Assembly: GCF_026571515.1 (NCBI RefSeq)
Contig: NW_026852469.1
Location: 124,001-188,000 of the forward strand
DNA length: 64,000 nt
Direction: 5' to 3'
Origin: Ruditapes philippinarum
Lineage: Eukaryota
The translations under genes and the position numbers were made by a program. Shown here piece after piece: positions 51,321 to 64,000 of the stretch. The notes under the pieces are model-generated. The model worked only from the letters and a program-made list of their open reading frames with translations. It ran no database searches and was not told where the DNA came from. Numbering within the stretch: the stretch's first letter is position 1; the number at the start of each line of letters is the position of its first letter.

Positions 51321-54300
51321 TCATTATGAGTTCAATGTTCACTATTGTGATATGTATCAAAAGTAAACTGATGACATATCATTACTGACACTGACTGAAT
51401 AGTCACTGAATTCTAAAAATGTCGCAATGATTATTTACAGTTAATTTCTATATAAGTAACTTTATTCATTACTCAAAACATTGCTAATAACTATTCACAA
51501 TGTCTCATGTATAGTTTTATGCGTTCGTGAGCACAAATTTCTCAATCAATGAACAATAATAGTAGCCTAAACATCCTGTTTTAAAAGTAACCTGTCATTG
51601 ATACATTGATCTGCGAACATCTTGTGAGTCTAAGAATATAAACTAAGAATTAAATTTATTTCACATGAATTAAACCCTCATTTTGAAAGTAAAAATAGGA
51701 GTTACAATGTATGTGTTGATTCACATTTCATCTTGAAACGAAACTTAAAGCATCAATGATTTAAAAAAAATTATTTTAAAAGTAATTTATTTATAATTGT
51801 TCTCATTAAGTGTTCATCAAAGGTTTGTACATAACAATCTAGCTCCTAGTCATAATCTAAGGCAAAAGCATCTGAACATGAAAATCAACAAAATGGATGG
51901 TAGTTCATAAGTAATGATTAATGGATAGTGGCAAGACCTCACATTGTGTCAGCAGGCAGTTGCTTATCTCATTCACTTAAAATAGCTTTTACTGAAAACA
52001 AGTAATAATCTGTTTACATGGAAGGCAAGGGTCTATTTTCTTGAGAAATTACGTCTATCAAAACCATACAAGCTAAATCATTGAACTCATTTTTGTGCGC
52101 TATAAGAATTTAGCTGATATGTTGTCCGTCATCTCCTAAACTTTGAAATTTCCTGTGTGATTTCCTCGCATCCTCGAAGCTAAACATCAGTTAGACTGTG
52201 TGTAGTAGCTGCACAATATTATACGTAGTGTGTTATTGATACCGTTTTGTAGATTCATCTTACACTAAGAGACCTTTAGATCTTTGTTACAAAGTTAAAA
52301 GGGTTTGTTAAAGTTTACATTTTTGTCGGATAAAGAATAACGAACAAGACAGGTACACATGTTTGAGCAGCTGATGAAGAGTGCTGACAATGTGCAATGA
52401 AAGTGAAGAAGATAAAGTGTAAGCCAACATTGTAAATAGAGCTGTAAGTTCAAAAATGTTATACGCATGTTGATTTAATTCTAGTGAATATGTTTTTTCC
52501 AATGCCGCTGTTCATGTGGTCATACAGAAACACGGATGTTCTGCAAGAACAGTGTAATGGAGAAATGAAGGATTTCCAGAAATCCAAAAGTCCAATCTTA
52601 GGATGACAAATGGTCCATCACATACATGACACTGCATTATCTCACCATTTTAACGGGGTTAAGTCATTACTAATTTTGATAAGATGTGGTAGTTATAAAA
52701 CCATCAAACTTTTTCACCCGACCTGTATCCAGTGACATTTTTTCTATAACTTGCGTTCACAGGAACTCAACTAAGGTTGCAAAAGCCTAAAACATTTCAT
52801 TTGAATTTCATACATAGAACAAATTGGGCACTTTATAAAGGGAGAAATGTGAATAATAATAAAAAGTTATGCTGAGAAATATATCAAGAATCGGAAGTTT
52901 GTGCATTTCTTAACCCAATTTTTAAAAAAAGCGTTTAAATGCTTTTGTCTTTTAGGTCACCTTTCACACTTCAGATACAAGTAGAACACTTTCCACTTCT
53001 TAGACTAGGTAATACATTTTAAAATTGTGATTCGATAAAATGCAAATACTATAAAAAAACGTATTGTTGAAAAAGTACTCTTCTTATGACAAAAACATCC
53101 ATAAGTATTGTTTTATTTTTTAATCCCGTTCCATTTTTATTTTACATGTAAATTCATTCATTTTTGCTGTGAGAGAAAAGAACCTTTCAACAGACATTTA
53201 CACTGTTTATGTCGAGTTTTCTTTAAATGGACAAAACTGTCATTTTTTACAAGTTTCCTTTGTTTGGTTTATACAGAATTTATTTTAGTTCGATTGTGTA
53301 GGAAGCTATAAGCTTATAGAAAAACTTTCGAATCCTTTGTTTGAAACCCAAGCTTGCTATGTTGATCGCGAAATCCTCATTTGCTGAAGTATTTTGCTGC
53401 AAATTGCAATGCCTAGACATGATTACCTAGAAACAGGGCAAGAAATGTGACTCATGAGTTGATTCACCACCTTGAAAATGAATCATTAGATATGATCAAC
53501 ATTATACTATTGATGTTCATAAGATATAGATAGCTAGAGACGTTAATATCTTTTGATCTGTTTTGTAATTGCGATACAGATGTATCGTAGTCCTTTGAAA
53601 TTATTCTTCTTTTATTTCTCTGTAAGATACACATATCTTTTCATATAAGTCACGATGTTGACATTTTCAAGAATAAAAAGGCAATTTGGATTTCTTAAGA
53701 CTCTGATTGTCTGGTTTATTTATTTATTCTCATTATGTATCTTTTAATCTGAATAAAACATTCACCTTTATATGCGCTTACTGTAAAAATTATTACTAAC
53801 AGAGAATTTGTTGTAGGTCATTTGGCATTAAGCCGTCGCAATCGTTATCTGCGAATGTAATGATGCTTTGTGTATAGGTATAATTGTTTTCAGACCATAT
53901 TGTTCAAAAGTTCAATAATTCCCATTTTCAGAACTTTTGCACTCACAACAGCAAATATCAATTGTACGGCAACCCATACTCGTCTCAGTATTTTTTTAAT
54001 TTTCGTGGCCTGTTAGATTTTACATTTTCTGTGGTCCATCTAGGTAATAGTAATTTCATTTTTTTAAGTGTTGAAGGTTGAGTATTGCTGAAGCATGTAG
54101 TAGAGGGCGTGACGAATGTTGCTCGATTTACTGTCTCCAAAATAGACTTGTTAACATCGAAACAGCTTTTCCCGGTAATGAAAATATTTTATCCATATAT
54201 CAGTATGAAAGCAATTACTCGACTGGGCATATCTATTAATTAATGTTTTGTTTTGCAGATTTTAGATTTAATAACAACTTTATATGTAATAAGAACGTTT

Positions 54301-56429
54301 TCTTTCCTGCTATGGTGTGTTAATAAAAGCAGTATAAACAATGTAGAAAATAAGAGATAAATCTTTACCAGTTCTGAAAACAATGTTTTAACATAGAGCA
54401 GATTCAGACGAAATATGAATACATGTACTTATGCTATAGTATGTTGTCAAGTAATTTGTTGACCATAGGGACGAAACTTCATTGTTTGAACATGCAGTGA
54501 GATACAGTTAATGTTACACGCTAATAGTGTTAGGATCCCGTGTAAATGTATACCGATGTCTTCAAAAAAAAAATTTTTCTAAAAATAATTTATTAGCTAG
54601 GTATATAATTAAAGCACTTGATTTACGTAACTAGTACTTGCGGGTTGACATTTTATTTAGAGTTTGTATTGTATTGCTTTAAATATAATTTGGTTTAATC
54701 TGGTCTAAGATATTTGATTCTTTGTGATATAATGTTTTGTAAATATGAGATGTTTACATTGTATATAAGTTGAGGCATCGCCAATAAACTGAACTGAACT
54801 TCAAGTAGAAAACAAGTATGTTGATAAAACAAAAACGTTTGGAGTACTTTATAAAAATAGAATTGTTATAATCATTCTTTCGCAAAAAGTGATGTAATGT
54901 TTTGTTAATTTGTTTTTTATTCACCTAGGATTATATGATGAACACATCTGCGGATGTTTCTAAATTAGAAAAAAATACCATATCATGTAAAATAATGAAT
55001 TCTGCTTAATCTGATGCTAGTGGGCGTGGAAGGCAGCTAGCATTTTCCAAAACCGTGCATGAACGGACTCAATCAAATAACGCTTGCAACATTTTCAATT
55101 TTCCCATTTTGGATGTTCTTTAAGAATTTCGTTTTCTCTATTCTTTCACCATTCTAAATGATATTTACTTGTGAATAAGATTAAAGTAAAGTAAGTACAA
55201 CATGAATACAAAAACCCAGTCAGCGGGTTCAACATATACATGCATATCAATTTTTTATCTGAATAAAACAAGACTATTAGACTATAAAGATTTTTTAAAA
55301 AAAGAATAAGTAAATTTGCGTTGGTCAAACATAAAAACATTTTTTATTGAAACGTGTATATGTATTGTCGACGTAGTTTTATGAAATCTATTTTCCAATA
55401 ATAATCTCTAAACAATGTTCCAGACGGATATATTGTTGTTTCTGTGGTAATACAAGCGGCAGTCTCCAGACACTTACGACATTTATGATTGTATGTCCAT
55501 TTCTATCGTAAATGTGATGTCAGACTTAGATATTATTAACTTTTTTTCTCAGTGGCATTTCTATAAATATTATACAATGAATAGCTAAATTGATCATGAC
55601 CTTAAATAAATATGTAAAAACAGATTTTTAATGATAACAAAATGATGACATCATTTGATGTCTTGCCGGAAATAAAATTAAATGGTCTTACTTTTCTAAA
55701 TTAAGAGTAAAATTATATTTGCATTATCGTTGTTGGAATGTTAATGCATATTTGTTTGAATCGGATTACAAATGCTAGGCCTAGTTTACATGTCACAAGC
55801 CAATCAGTCGCACTGCTGTTCTTATTATTTCGCGACATGTGCGACACCGCAATAGATTTTTTTTCTTTTATTCTGCGTATGGTATTAAAATTCTAACACA
55901 ACATTTCAAATTTGCTCCAGCCCGTGCCTCGGGGCGTATACAAAAGCATGTTTTACAGCTGCCGTCAATGTGCAGGTGACTCAGTCTAAATGAGAATTGA
56001 AAACATTTTCGATTTGCCCCCTTCAGGGTTACCTCTTTTGGCTTTCTTTAAATAGTGCATGTGCATGGTACTGCATTGTGCGCAGTTAATTCATATTGAG
56101 ACATTTCACTTTCGCTCAATTAACAGTTTGTTATATTTGATTGCACATATTTCAGACTTATTAAACAGATCTTCTGCTGAATTTGCAAAATACTATCAAA
56201 TTGTCTTTGCAATACCTTGATTTCTTGTCATTAAATGTTAAGCAACTCTAGAAAAAAGGGTGATTCTTCACGAGCAGTGGAAGGTGAAAATCATAGATTC
56301 ATAGTTCATATGGTCATGAGGTAAAAACCACACGCCCGATAGCGCTTGTGTAATTTTTACCAAATAGATAAATACAGAATCCCTAAAGAAAGCCCAACAC
56401 AGCAAAATTGAAAATGTTGCAGGCTCGGT

Positions 56430-57413
56430 TTAATTGAGCCTGTTCATGGACAGTACTGGAAAGTGCAAGCTACCGTCCACGCCCCCTAGCAATGACTTCA
56501 GAATAATTAGGAGAGTGGTTTGCAACTTTTCAAATGCCAAGAATGACTTTACAATCTCGCTTTTGTGAAAGTAGACGTTGTCACGTAAAAGATGGACTAG
56601 TCTCCATCCTTTGCTTGGACGATTCTTAATGTTAAAAGATTTCTTGTAAAACTGGCTAGTGACTGTGTGACCAGATGGATAAGGCACTTGAACGACTGGT
56701 GCACTAGAATTAAAGAAAATTGCATGCAACATTTCCAATGAACGTTCGATTGTTTTGATGTTGCTTCTTTTAGCAACAACTGTTTGTTATCGACCCTTCT
56801 TTAAGGTTCAAATTTAATCACCTGGCAGTGAGAAATATCCAGACTGTCACAGTCATTGTATGTGTTCATAAGTTCTAGGGTGCACTTAAAGCTCTCTTTA
56901 TTAGCGACTCGATGAGCAAAACTAATGCAAACATTTCTAAGACCGCTTGGTCAGAGTTAGATGAATACTGCCTTCTGATATGCCAGTACAACTAACTAAT
57001 CTCCTTAACTGACAATCTTGCATCCTGCATCCGCAGCAATGTTAGCCTTGGTTATAGGCCTACCTGAACGGAAGATATCTTTCACAATTGCCCATCTTAA
57101 AAGCTTTGACCCACTAAAAGATCGTGCGCTTTGAAATGTCCTGAGATCCATATATTCCACACCATTCATTATGTATCTGCATTGCAGCTGTATTAAGCCT
57201 TTTGTGACATTTAATGGAACTTCGAATTTAAGTTTTGTTGTCCATTGTACATATGTCAGTGTTTATGACTGCATATATTCCGAATTGAAATATCTCGCTC
57301 ATTTCAAACGCAAACGGCATGAAAGAAACGTTATATTTAAGTGCAATGAAGCTTTTAAAACATAATGACAATAAAACTACGAAAACTTATTGTAACTTAT
57401 TGAATGGTCCTTG
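56430..57413 (-). mobile_element. Degraded mariner element
   Basis: Transposase-like AIFFNSS...GHTVTSQFYK...VHLLRDN...HKS; TIR-like CAAGGACCATTCAATAAGT next to TA at 57414-57415. Confidence 0.65.
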
Positions 57414-57868
57414 TAATCATGGGGACATTTCTAAATATTTACAGACTGAAAAGCGAGCAGTGCAAGCCATGATCAGACGACACTGGTCGCATGAGTAGAA
57501 TCTGTTGCTGCCAACAGGCTAATGGGTAAAGATCTTCTACAGTCGGGTAATAGTTCAATCAATGAGTTTGTGTAGCGGTACTGAACCGGTTGTTGTACAT
57601 ACCACTTAATTTCATCGCTGTGTATCAGCAAACTGCTCTCAGCGGTTATTTCCCCTGGTCAGTTCAAGCAAAAAAAAGGCGTGAGGGATGCAACAGGTTC
57701 GAGGAGACATAAAAGTGTTTTCATACATAATAAAAGAAATTTCCAAAAGAAAATTGCGCATGCTTAAGTAGACTGTGTTTACATTTAAATGTAAAATGGT
57801 CTAAATTAATACGATGTTAACCCTGAAACCCCTGAAAAAAATCTCTTTTTTTGTTCAAAAATACAATA

Positions 57869-59088
57869 CAGTCGGCATCGTACTTGCGTCCATCTTTATT
57901 AAGCGACTTTTTTATTAAGCGGCCGCATAAAATCCCTCCCGGTGATTTTTACTATTTAATTTAATTCCATTAAACGACTATTTTTATATCGCGGCCAGCG
58001 GCCACTGAATGTCGGCCCAAATGTACAAAATTAAGTGTTAAAGTATCTATTAAACGGCCGTGACAAACAATCGTCCCTGCGGGAATTCTCACCTGTGTAA
58101 TTAGCGAGTAGGTAAGATGTGTACAAGCAAACAAACAAATATTTTTCATGGTCAACGGTCACAAATAATTGTCGTTTTAAAACGAAATAAATAACAATTG
58201 CAATCGTTACAAAATCGGATTTTCCGATCGTAATATTTATTGTGACATATTTTGTCAGAGCAATAACGTATCACAACACCGCATTTGCATAGTTTTGTCA
58301 TGTGCTCAGAGTGACCTCCCTTATCGAAAATCACGTCGGATCGATCGAAAAAAAGACAGACAACTAATAAGACCGGATAAATTGTATGAGGAAATCGTGC
58401 ATGGAATTGAGTGTGAGTAAATAGCAAATGTCATCGATTGTAGTCGAAATAAAATCGTGAAACGTAGTGGACTAAACATTACAGAACCGAGCCATTCATT
58501 GCTGACGGTGTAGGTGCTCATCTGATGCTTTATAAAATACATGTAGTAGATCCATTAAATATGACCCTTCGACAAAAAAAGACAAAAAAATCCTAGATCT
58601 TTAAAAATCTTATTGAATTTGAAATCGGGGTAGTGTGGAAACTAATTGTTGAAAAAATTAAGAAGTTTAAAACTCATTGCATAAAAAAATATCTGGAGCT
58701 CTGGCTGATGATTCTAAAGTATGTTCAGCAGGAGATGTGTATGAACATATTAAAAATATAAGACAATATGCTTTGTTTCATGGTCAAAATGACCTGTTGA
58801 CAGTATTATGAGCGTAGATCACATTTGAACACAAATTTCTACTAAAAAACAAAAACAAACAATATTGATGATTATTTTTTTTTAAAAGGCATAAATATAT
58901 ATGTAATTATAAAACTGTAAAACATACATCATATTGTATAGTTTTTGTTTTTAATAAAAAAGATGTTATTATATCTATGACTTGTAATAAAAAGTCTCGA
59001 ATTTTCCAGAATTCTATTGAGAGACCACTTTATTAAGAGACCACTTTTTGGCAGTCCCTTGAGTGGTCTCTTAATACAATGTCGACTG
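57869..59088. mobile_element. Tc1/pogo-type non-autonomous element
   Basis: TA|CAGTCG(G/A)CAT TIRs with TA on both sides; subterminal AGAGACCAC repeats. Confidence 0.65.
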
Positions 59089-59377
59089 TATTATAATATT
59101 GTGATGACATTTAAATGTTGCCTACGAGAGTTTTCATTTCTTCCAAATGCCTATACTACAATGTACAAATAGACCTCCAAGATGGATCTGTAAAAGTAAA
59201 ACTAACAATGAAAAACACGACACTAATGTGATTAAAATCTAACGACTCATAAGTTCTACACGACCTAAAATTTAATGTTGAAAGGTTTGCATGCTCAATT
59301 CTCATCGTTGAGAAATTACCATTGTTCAGTTCTTAAAGTTAAAGAAATGAATCTTATGTCATTTGATCAGTTTCACT

Positions 59378-59734
59378 GATTGATTGATTGATTGATTGAT
59401 TTTCTTTAGACCGGGCGGTCAATGATAACCTACGAAAGTGCAAGCACTTATTTCCAGTAGGATCCTTACCTCAGCAGACTCCAGAGACAGCTATGGGATA
59501 CAAGGGAGTCCGGGAACCAGTCCCTAGCTCTTATTGAATAGATCCCTTGGTTCTTTACATGTCCAGTGTATAGCACTGATACATGCGAGGATTACCTGGG
59601 TTTCGTAACAGTAAGCCTCTAGGTAGGTGGGAAACACTGAATGTGTTTCTGAAAAATCCCAACGGTTTACCCAGGATCGAATCCGGAACCTCAGGAGTGA
59701 CAGTCAGTGGTCTAACCTACTGAGCCATCGTGTC
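59378..59734 (-). mobile_element. tRNA-derived SINE with an (AATC)n tail
   Basis: A box TGGCTCAGTAGG, B-like GATTCGATCC, (GATT)6 tail on the plus strand, flanking TCACTGA repeat. Confidence 0.75.
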
Positions 59735-60638
59735 ACTGACTTGTTGTGTCGTACAAAGTGACAGTATAAAAACAAATATCAAATAAAAAGTGATCCATCG
59801 GAAGCATTTAAAACAGCAAAATTACATGAAAATTGCAAACTCGATTCGATTGAGTCTGTACATGACGGGTAATGAAAAAGTGCAACATCCCTCAAGCCCC
59901 CTATCACCGGCTAGAACGGTACTCAATTATCTACACTTAAAAGTGGTAGACTCAATTATTCCGAAGGACCAGAGAAATATAACAACACTGAAGTGAAGTA
60001 ATGGGTAACTTTTCACGGCTGCTACACAACACTTATGTGACGCACAAATATCTGGGGGAAAAGGTGATCCACAAGGAGTGTTCGGATGATTGGACAGTTG
60101 AATATGACTTGGACAGTATAAAAAGACGTTCCGTCCCAATCGTTCTATAAATATAAGATGTTCAAGTAACCTGAATAATTTAATGTCGAGGACAAGTGTA
60201 TAATACTGCAAGAGAAAAAATATTTAACACTTTTGAAATAAAAAAGTATATTTCTATTTGTGGTGAAATAAAAGGTGAATGGTATGTGCAAATATTATTG
60301 TCTATTTTATACAAATGTAAAACAATTCGTATACATGCTATAAAGTATAGGCTAAATGAATGTTTTGTAGAACATTTCTATTTTTCATATATGTGGCCTT
60401 GTCTAAATAATATAAAGATATTGATGTTCTATATACATTGTATACATCGAGGTTTCTATGTATCATACATCCATTGGTTCTATATGTTCTATATATAGAA
60501 GTTTCGTTTCTCACTCTTTAATTCTCACACTGAAAGTCAGCATGACAAAATACGCAGGTTACAACGGTACAGATATCTTCATACAAGCTGATCACTGTTA
60601 GAACTGCTCCGATCCCTTTATAATTTATTTTTCTATCT

Positions 60639-60905
60639 TTAAGATGCATCATCAACACATAAATTAACTTCAACCTCGGTATCGGCAACAATTTTAGTAT
60701 TATCCACAACTTCCTCAGTTGGTTCTTCAACAATGTCGGCTTTGGATACTTCTATAACAGTTGGTTCGTCCTCCTCTTCAAGGTGTTTACATAGTTCCAC
60801 TTGAATGAACCCGTATAGAAGTTTGTAATTGTTTTCAGTTGTTTCCGTAAACCTGTCTGATCCGAGAACAAGTCGGATATTTTCTATAAACGGATCATGA
60901 TAGTC
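60639..60905 (-). CDS. Globin-like gene, last exon (G-H helices + acidic tail)
   Basis: Acceptor ttttcag|, phase 0; reads DYHDPFIENIRLVLGSDRFTETTENNYKLLYGFIQVELCKHL then an E/D/V-rich tail to TAA (88 aa). Not in the ORF track. Confidence 0.75.
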   Translation of the reverse strand, partial: DYHDPFIENIRLVLGSDRFTETTENNYKLLYGFIQVELCKHLEEEDEPTVIEVSKADIVEEPTEEVVDNTKIVADTEVEVNLCVDDAS

Positions 60906-62749
60906 CTGAAAATGATAAGATAAAGACTGGTCTATATTCTAGACAGGACAGTATGCAGTGATTAAAAAAACTTATTGTTTGCAAAAAAAATTATCAAGAA
61001 CAGTTAAACTTCTAAATGGCGGTAGTCTTAAGCACCAATTAGAAATTGGATTGCTTTTACAAACTGAAAATAATTTGGGTTTTCTACATGTATAAGATAC
61101 TGGTTAACCATACACCATCAATAATATACACTAAATACGAGATATCGTAGATATCTTAAATACGCATAGTCTTTGATACTGCAAAATTCTCTATGATTTT
61201 CTTCCGCAAATTTAAAATTTGTTCCCAACATTTTCATGACAAATAAGTAAATTCTGTAATTTGGCTTAAATGTCACGAATTTATTTAACCTTTGTAAATA
61301 GCATCAAATAGCAAATGCTTTTTCCTCACAGCAGTAAAAAAGAACAGAAAGATAAGTAGTTTTAAATGGAAACATTGAAAATTATATTGTTGACATGCAA
61401 AGGTAAGTGCTTTTTTTCTGGTGATTTCCATCACATGTCAATGTCACGGTCAATGTCATTAGGTCGTCTGCAGAGAGTTTTATCGTTTGTTTTGTAAGAG
61501 AAATATGAAACTTTTACCATTACAATCAGTCTATATGTGAAAATCATATAAAGTAGAAAGACGAAACGGAATTGGATAATTCCCTGGTGTGTTATAACTT
61601 TCTGAAATGGCAAATGAATGTACTGTATGGTATGAAACTAATAGAATGTTAAGTGACTGTCTGCGTGTCAAGATTGTTTTCATGACAGAGGTAACTAATT
61701 TTGTTTTCTTCAAAGATTTCATCAGACAAAATATGTCCAAAAACTATTATAAACTGCGCAAAATTGAATTACGGGATAAAACTGACATTTGACAGAGGTC
61801 TATCACAAAATGAATAAATAACATCAATTGAATAAATAGTTTGTTAAAACGTAGATCTAGCATGAATGCCAATACAATTCGTTTCAATGAAGTGGAACAA
61901 TGTGCTGTATTTAAAGAGTATAGTAATCAAATAAAAAATGGTTTTGATTTTTACATTAAATGCGCGTTATCAAAAAATGAAATACTGCTTGCCAAGTCAA
62001 ACACGTAATCAAAAGCATTGAATACACGTTTTATAAATGGTTTTTTAACAAGTTTAAGCTAACTTGACCTGTATAAAGATGTACAAATATTTAAATTTAT
62101 CTGAAGCGTAAGGTTCGGCACCATTCAATTATATATGCATATAAACATTTATGTTATTTAAATACAAATTATCTCAGTTTTAGGGAAAGGTACACATGTC
62201 GTCCGAGTTAAACTTAAGTGCGCTGACAAGAATTAAGGAAACATTCTAAAGTGTAATTACATTGTTATAATAACTGAGATCAATCTACAAACGTGTAACG
62301 TCTTTTTTTAAGGAAATCGCTGACATCAGAATATGTTTTAAGTTAACATCACTAATGACGTACTCCTGTGTTTACAAACATTTTGTATTAAAACAAACAG
62401 TCTTGTCATCTATTGGATCTTGCCTGCCTATTACATTTCTTTAAAACAATATACTTAAGACAATTAATACTACATATTTATTTTTTTGTATAGACTATTT
62501 CTTTTAAAAATGGTTTAATATTGTTTATTATTCCTTTTTAATACGTTTCAAATACAATGTATCTCCATCATTTTTCAATAACTTACATGCCAAGTTACAA
62601 ATCTTTCATAGAGACGCAACATAAGTATCTTAAAGTAAGGAAGTTTTTCATAATCACAAAGAAGCAGAACATTTGAGAAATAGGCTTATGAATGCAAGGC
62701 ATTATTAGATATAAAGGTCAAAGTTAAGTGCCACCATAGAAACAATTAC

Positions 62750-62975
62750 CTTGACCATTTTATGTGAAAATTGTGTGGCGGCAGCACCGTATTGTATCTC
62801 TTGTATAGCTTTGTCGACGTTTTCTAGATTAGCGATGACCCCGTCAAATATACAATATATATCCATTGACTTGTCTTCAAAATCTTGATTCTTCCTCAAT
62901 TCTTCGAGCTCTCCATCTTGTATTCCACTAATACTCGAGTACTTTGCTTTGTAATGAGGATGGCTGTTTAAAAAT
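62750..62975 (-). CDS. Globin-like gene, central exon (B12-G6)
   Basis: ttttttccag| ... |gtaatt; 226 nt, phase 2 to phase 0 (B12.2/G7.0 pattern); FLNSHPHYKAKY...LRKNQDFEDKSMDIYCIFDGVIANLENVD. Confidence 0.75.
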
Positions 62976-63227
62976 CTGGAAAAAACATATTTGTTCACTT
63001 ATAAATTTCTACATTTCGAAAATTTTGACAGCGATAAAAGATGAACTAAGTGTTGACTTTACGCAAATAAAAGCAGTGCAACAGTAACTTTCAAGTGTTT
63101 TTAATTTTGTAGAGTACAAAGGATTAAATGAATTTGGCCATATTTCGTTATACAATAAAGATAAGTTAATTGTTATTCAAAATAATTTACGTTTATAATG
63201 ACCGAACAGAAAATATATCACAGTTAC

Positions 63228-63404
63228 NNNNNNNNNNNNNNNNNNNNNNNNNNNNNNNNNNNNNNNNNNNNNNNNNNNNNNNNNNNNNNNNNNNNNNNNN
63301 NNNNNNNNNNNNNNNNNNNNNNNNNNNNNNNNNNNNNNNNNNNNNNNNNNNNNNNNNNNNNNNNNNNNNNNNNNNNNNNNNNNNNNNNNNNNNNNNNNNN
63401 NNNN
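63228..63404. other. Assembly gap
   Basis: Run of N. Confidence 1.
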
Positions 63405-64000
63405 TTTCATTTACGTATAAAATCTATATATCATTATTAGTTATATACATGCATATATTATGATAGCAAATTTATAATGAAACACAATTAATACAAAATA
63501 AACATAATAATATATATGTAGTTATATTATTTGCAGCTTTGAATATGGAACAGTTCATTCATAATTTGAGGGATCTGAAGATACAATGGTTAATCAACAG
63601 GTTATGGGTTAACATAGATTGTTTTGTTTAGTAAAACATTAATAATTCAATTTTAACTTTTTATGTAGTGTTTAGATATTCATTAAGATCGTTTTTTGCA
63701 AATATACCAATCATTATGATATTCGTCAATTTGAGGTAGTTTTCATTTAGAAAATTTTATAAATTACACAAATCTCTCCTAAATGTATCTCAAAGAATTG
63801 AATTAAATTATTCATTGATTACAATAGATCATATCTTAATTTTCTCCATTAGAGGAACACATTCAATACAATACAATACAATACCATAATAATCTAAACA
63901 ATCTCTTAACATATACCATGATGCATGTACATTTATATACAAGACTTAATTTCTAAGGCAATAGTTTGCAAAAATAGATCATACCAAACAAATACTTATA

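Noticed and set aside
49560-56300. Short ORFs in the AT-rich stretch
   Set aside because: No motifs and no coherent splice chain; consistent with chance ORFs in intergenic DNA.
63170-63463. ORFs spanning N runs (also 39540-39845)
   Set aside because: Gap artefacts; only the mariner motif beside the first gap is real.

Overview
AT-rich eukaryotic genomic DNA with spliceosomal introns and two N-gaps. The C1q gene type and repeat styles suggest a bivalve, probably a clam (inference). Minus-strand host genes: (i) a tandem cluster of secreted C1q-domain genes, made up of a two-exon copy with a terminal frameshift (8220-5498), an intact copy (24478-12439) and a divergent orphan C1q exon (35397-34976); (ii) three in-phase exons of a Cys-rich single-pass receptor-like gene (44.6-40.5 kb); (iii) exons 2-3 of a globin-like gene with the classic B12.2/G7.0 intron phases that appears to lack the proximal F8 histidine (62975-60639). 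The intron of the intact C1q gene holds a ~10.7-kb Helentron/Helitron2-type element. It has asymmetric TIRs, terminal hairpins and an AP-endonuclease remnant, and nested within it are DINE-like elements, MITEs and a tRNA-containing solo LTR. A full-length but disrupted BEL/Pao LTR retrotransposon (27294-33249) sits inside a TA-flanked palindromic MITE. The rest is truncated LINEs, mariner remnants, SINEs and MITEs. All alignments and counts were done by eye; no database searches were run.
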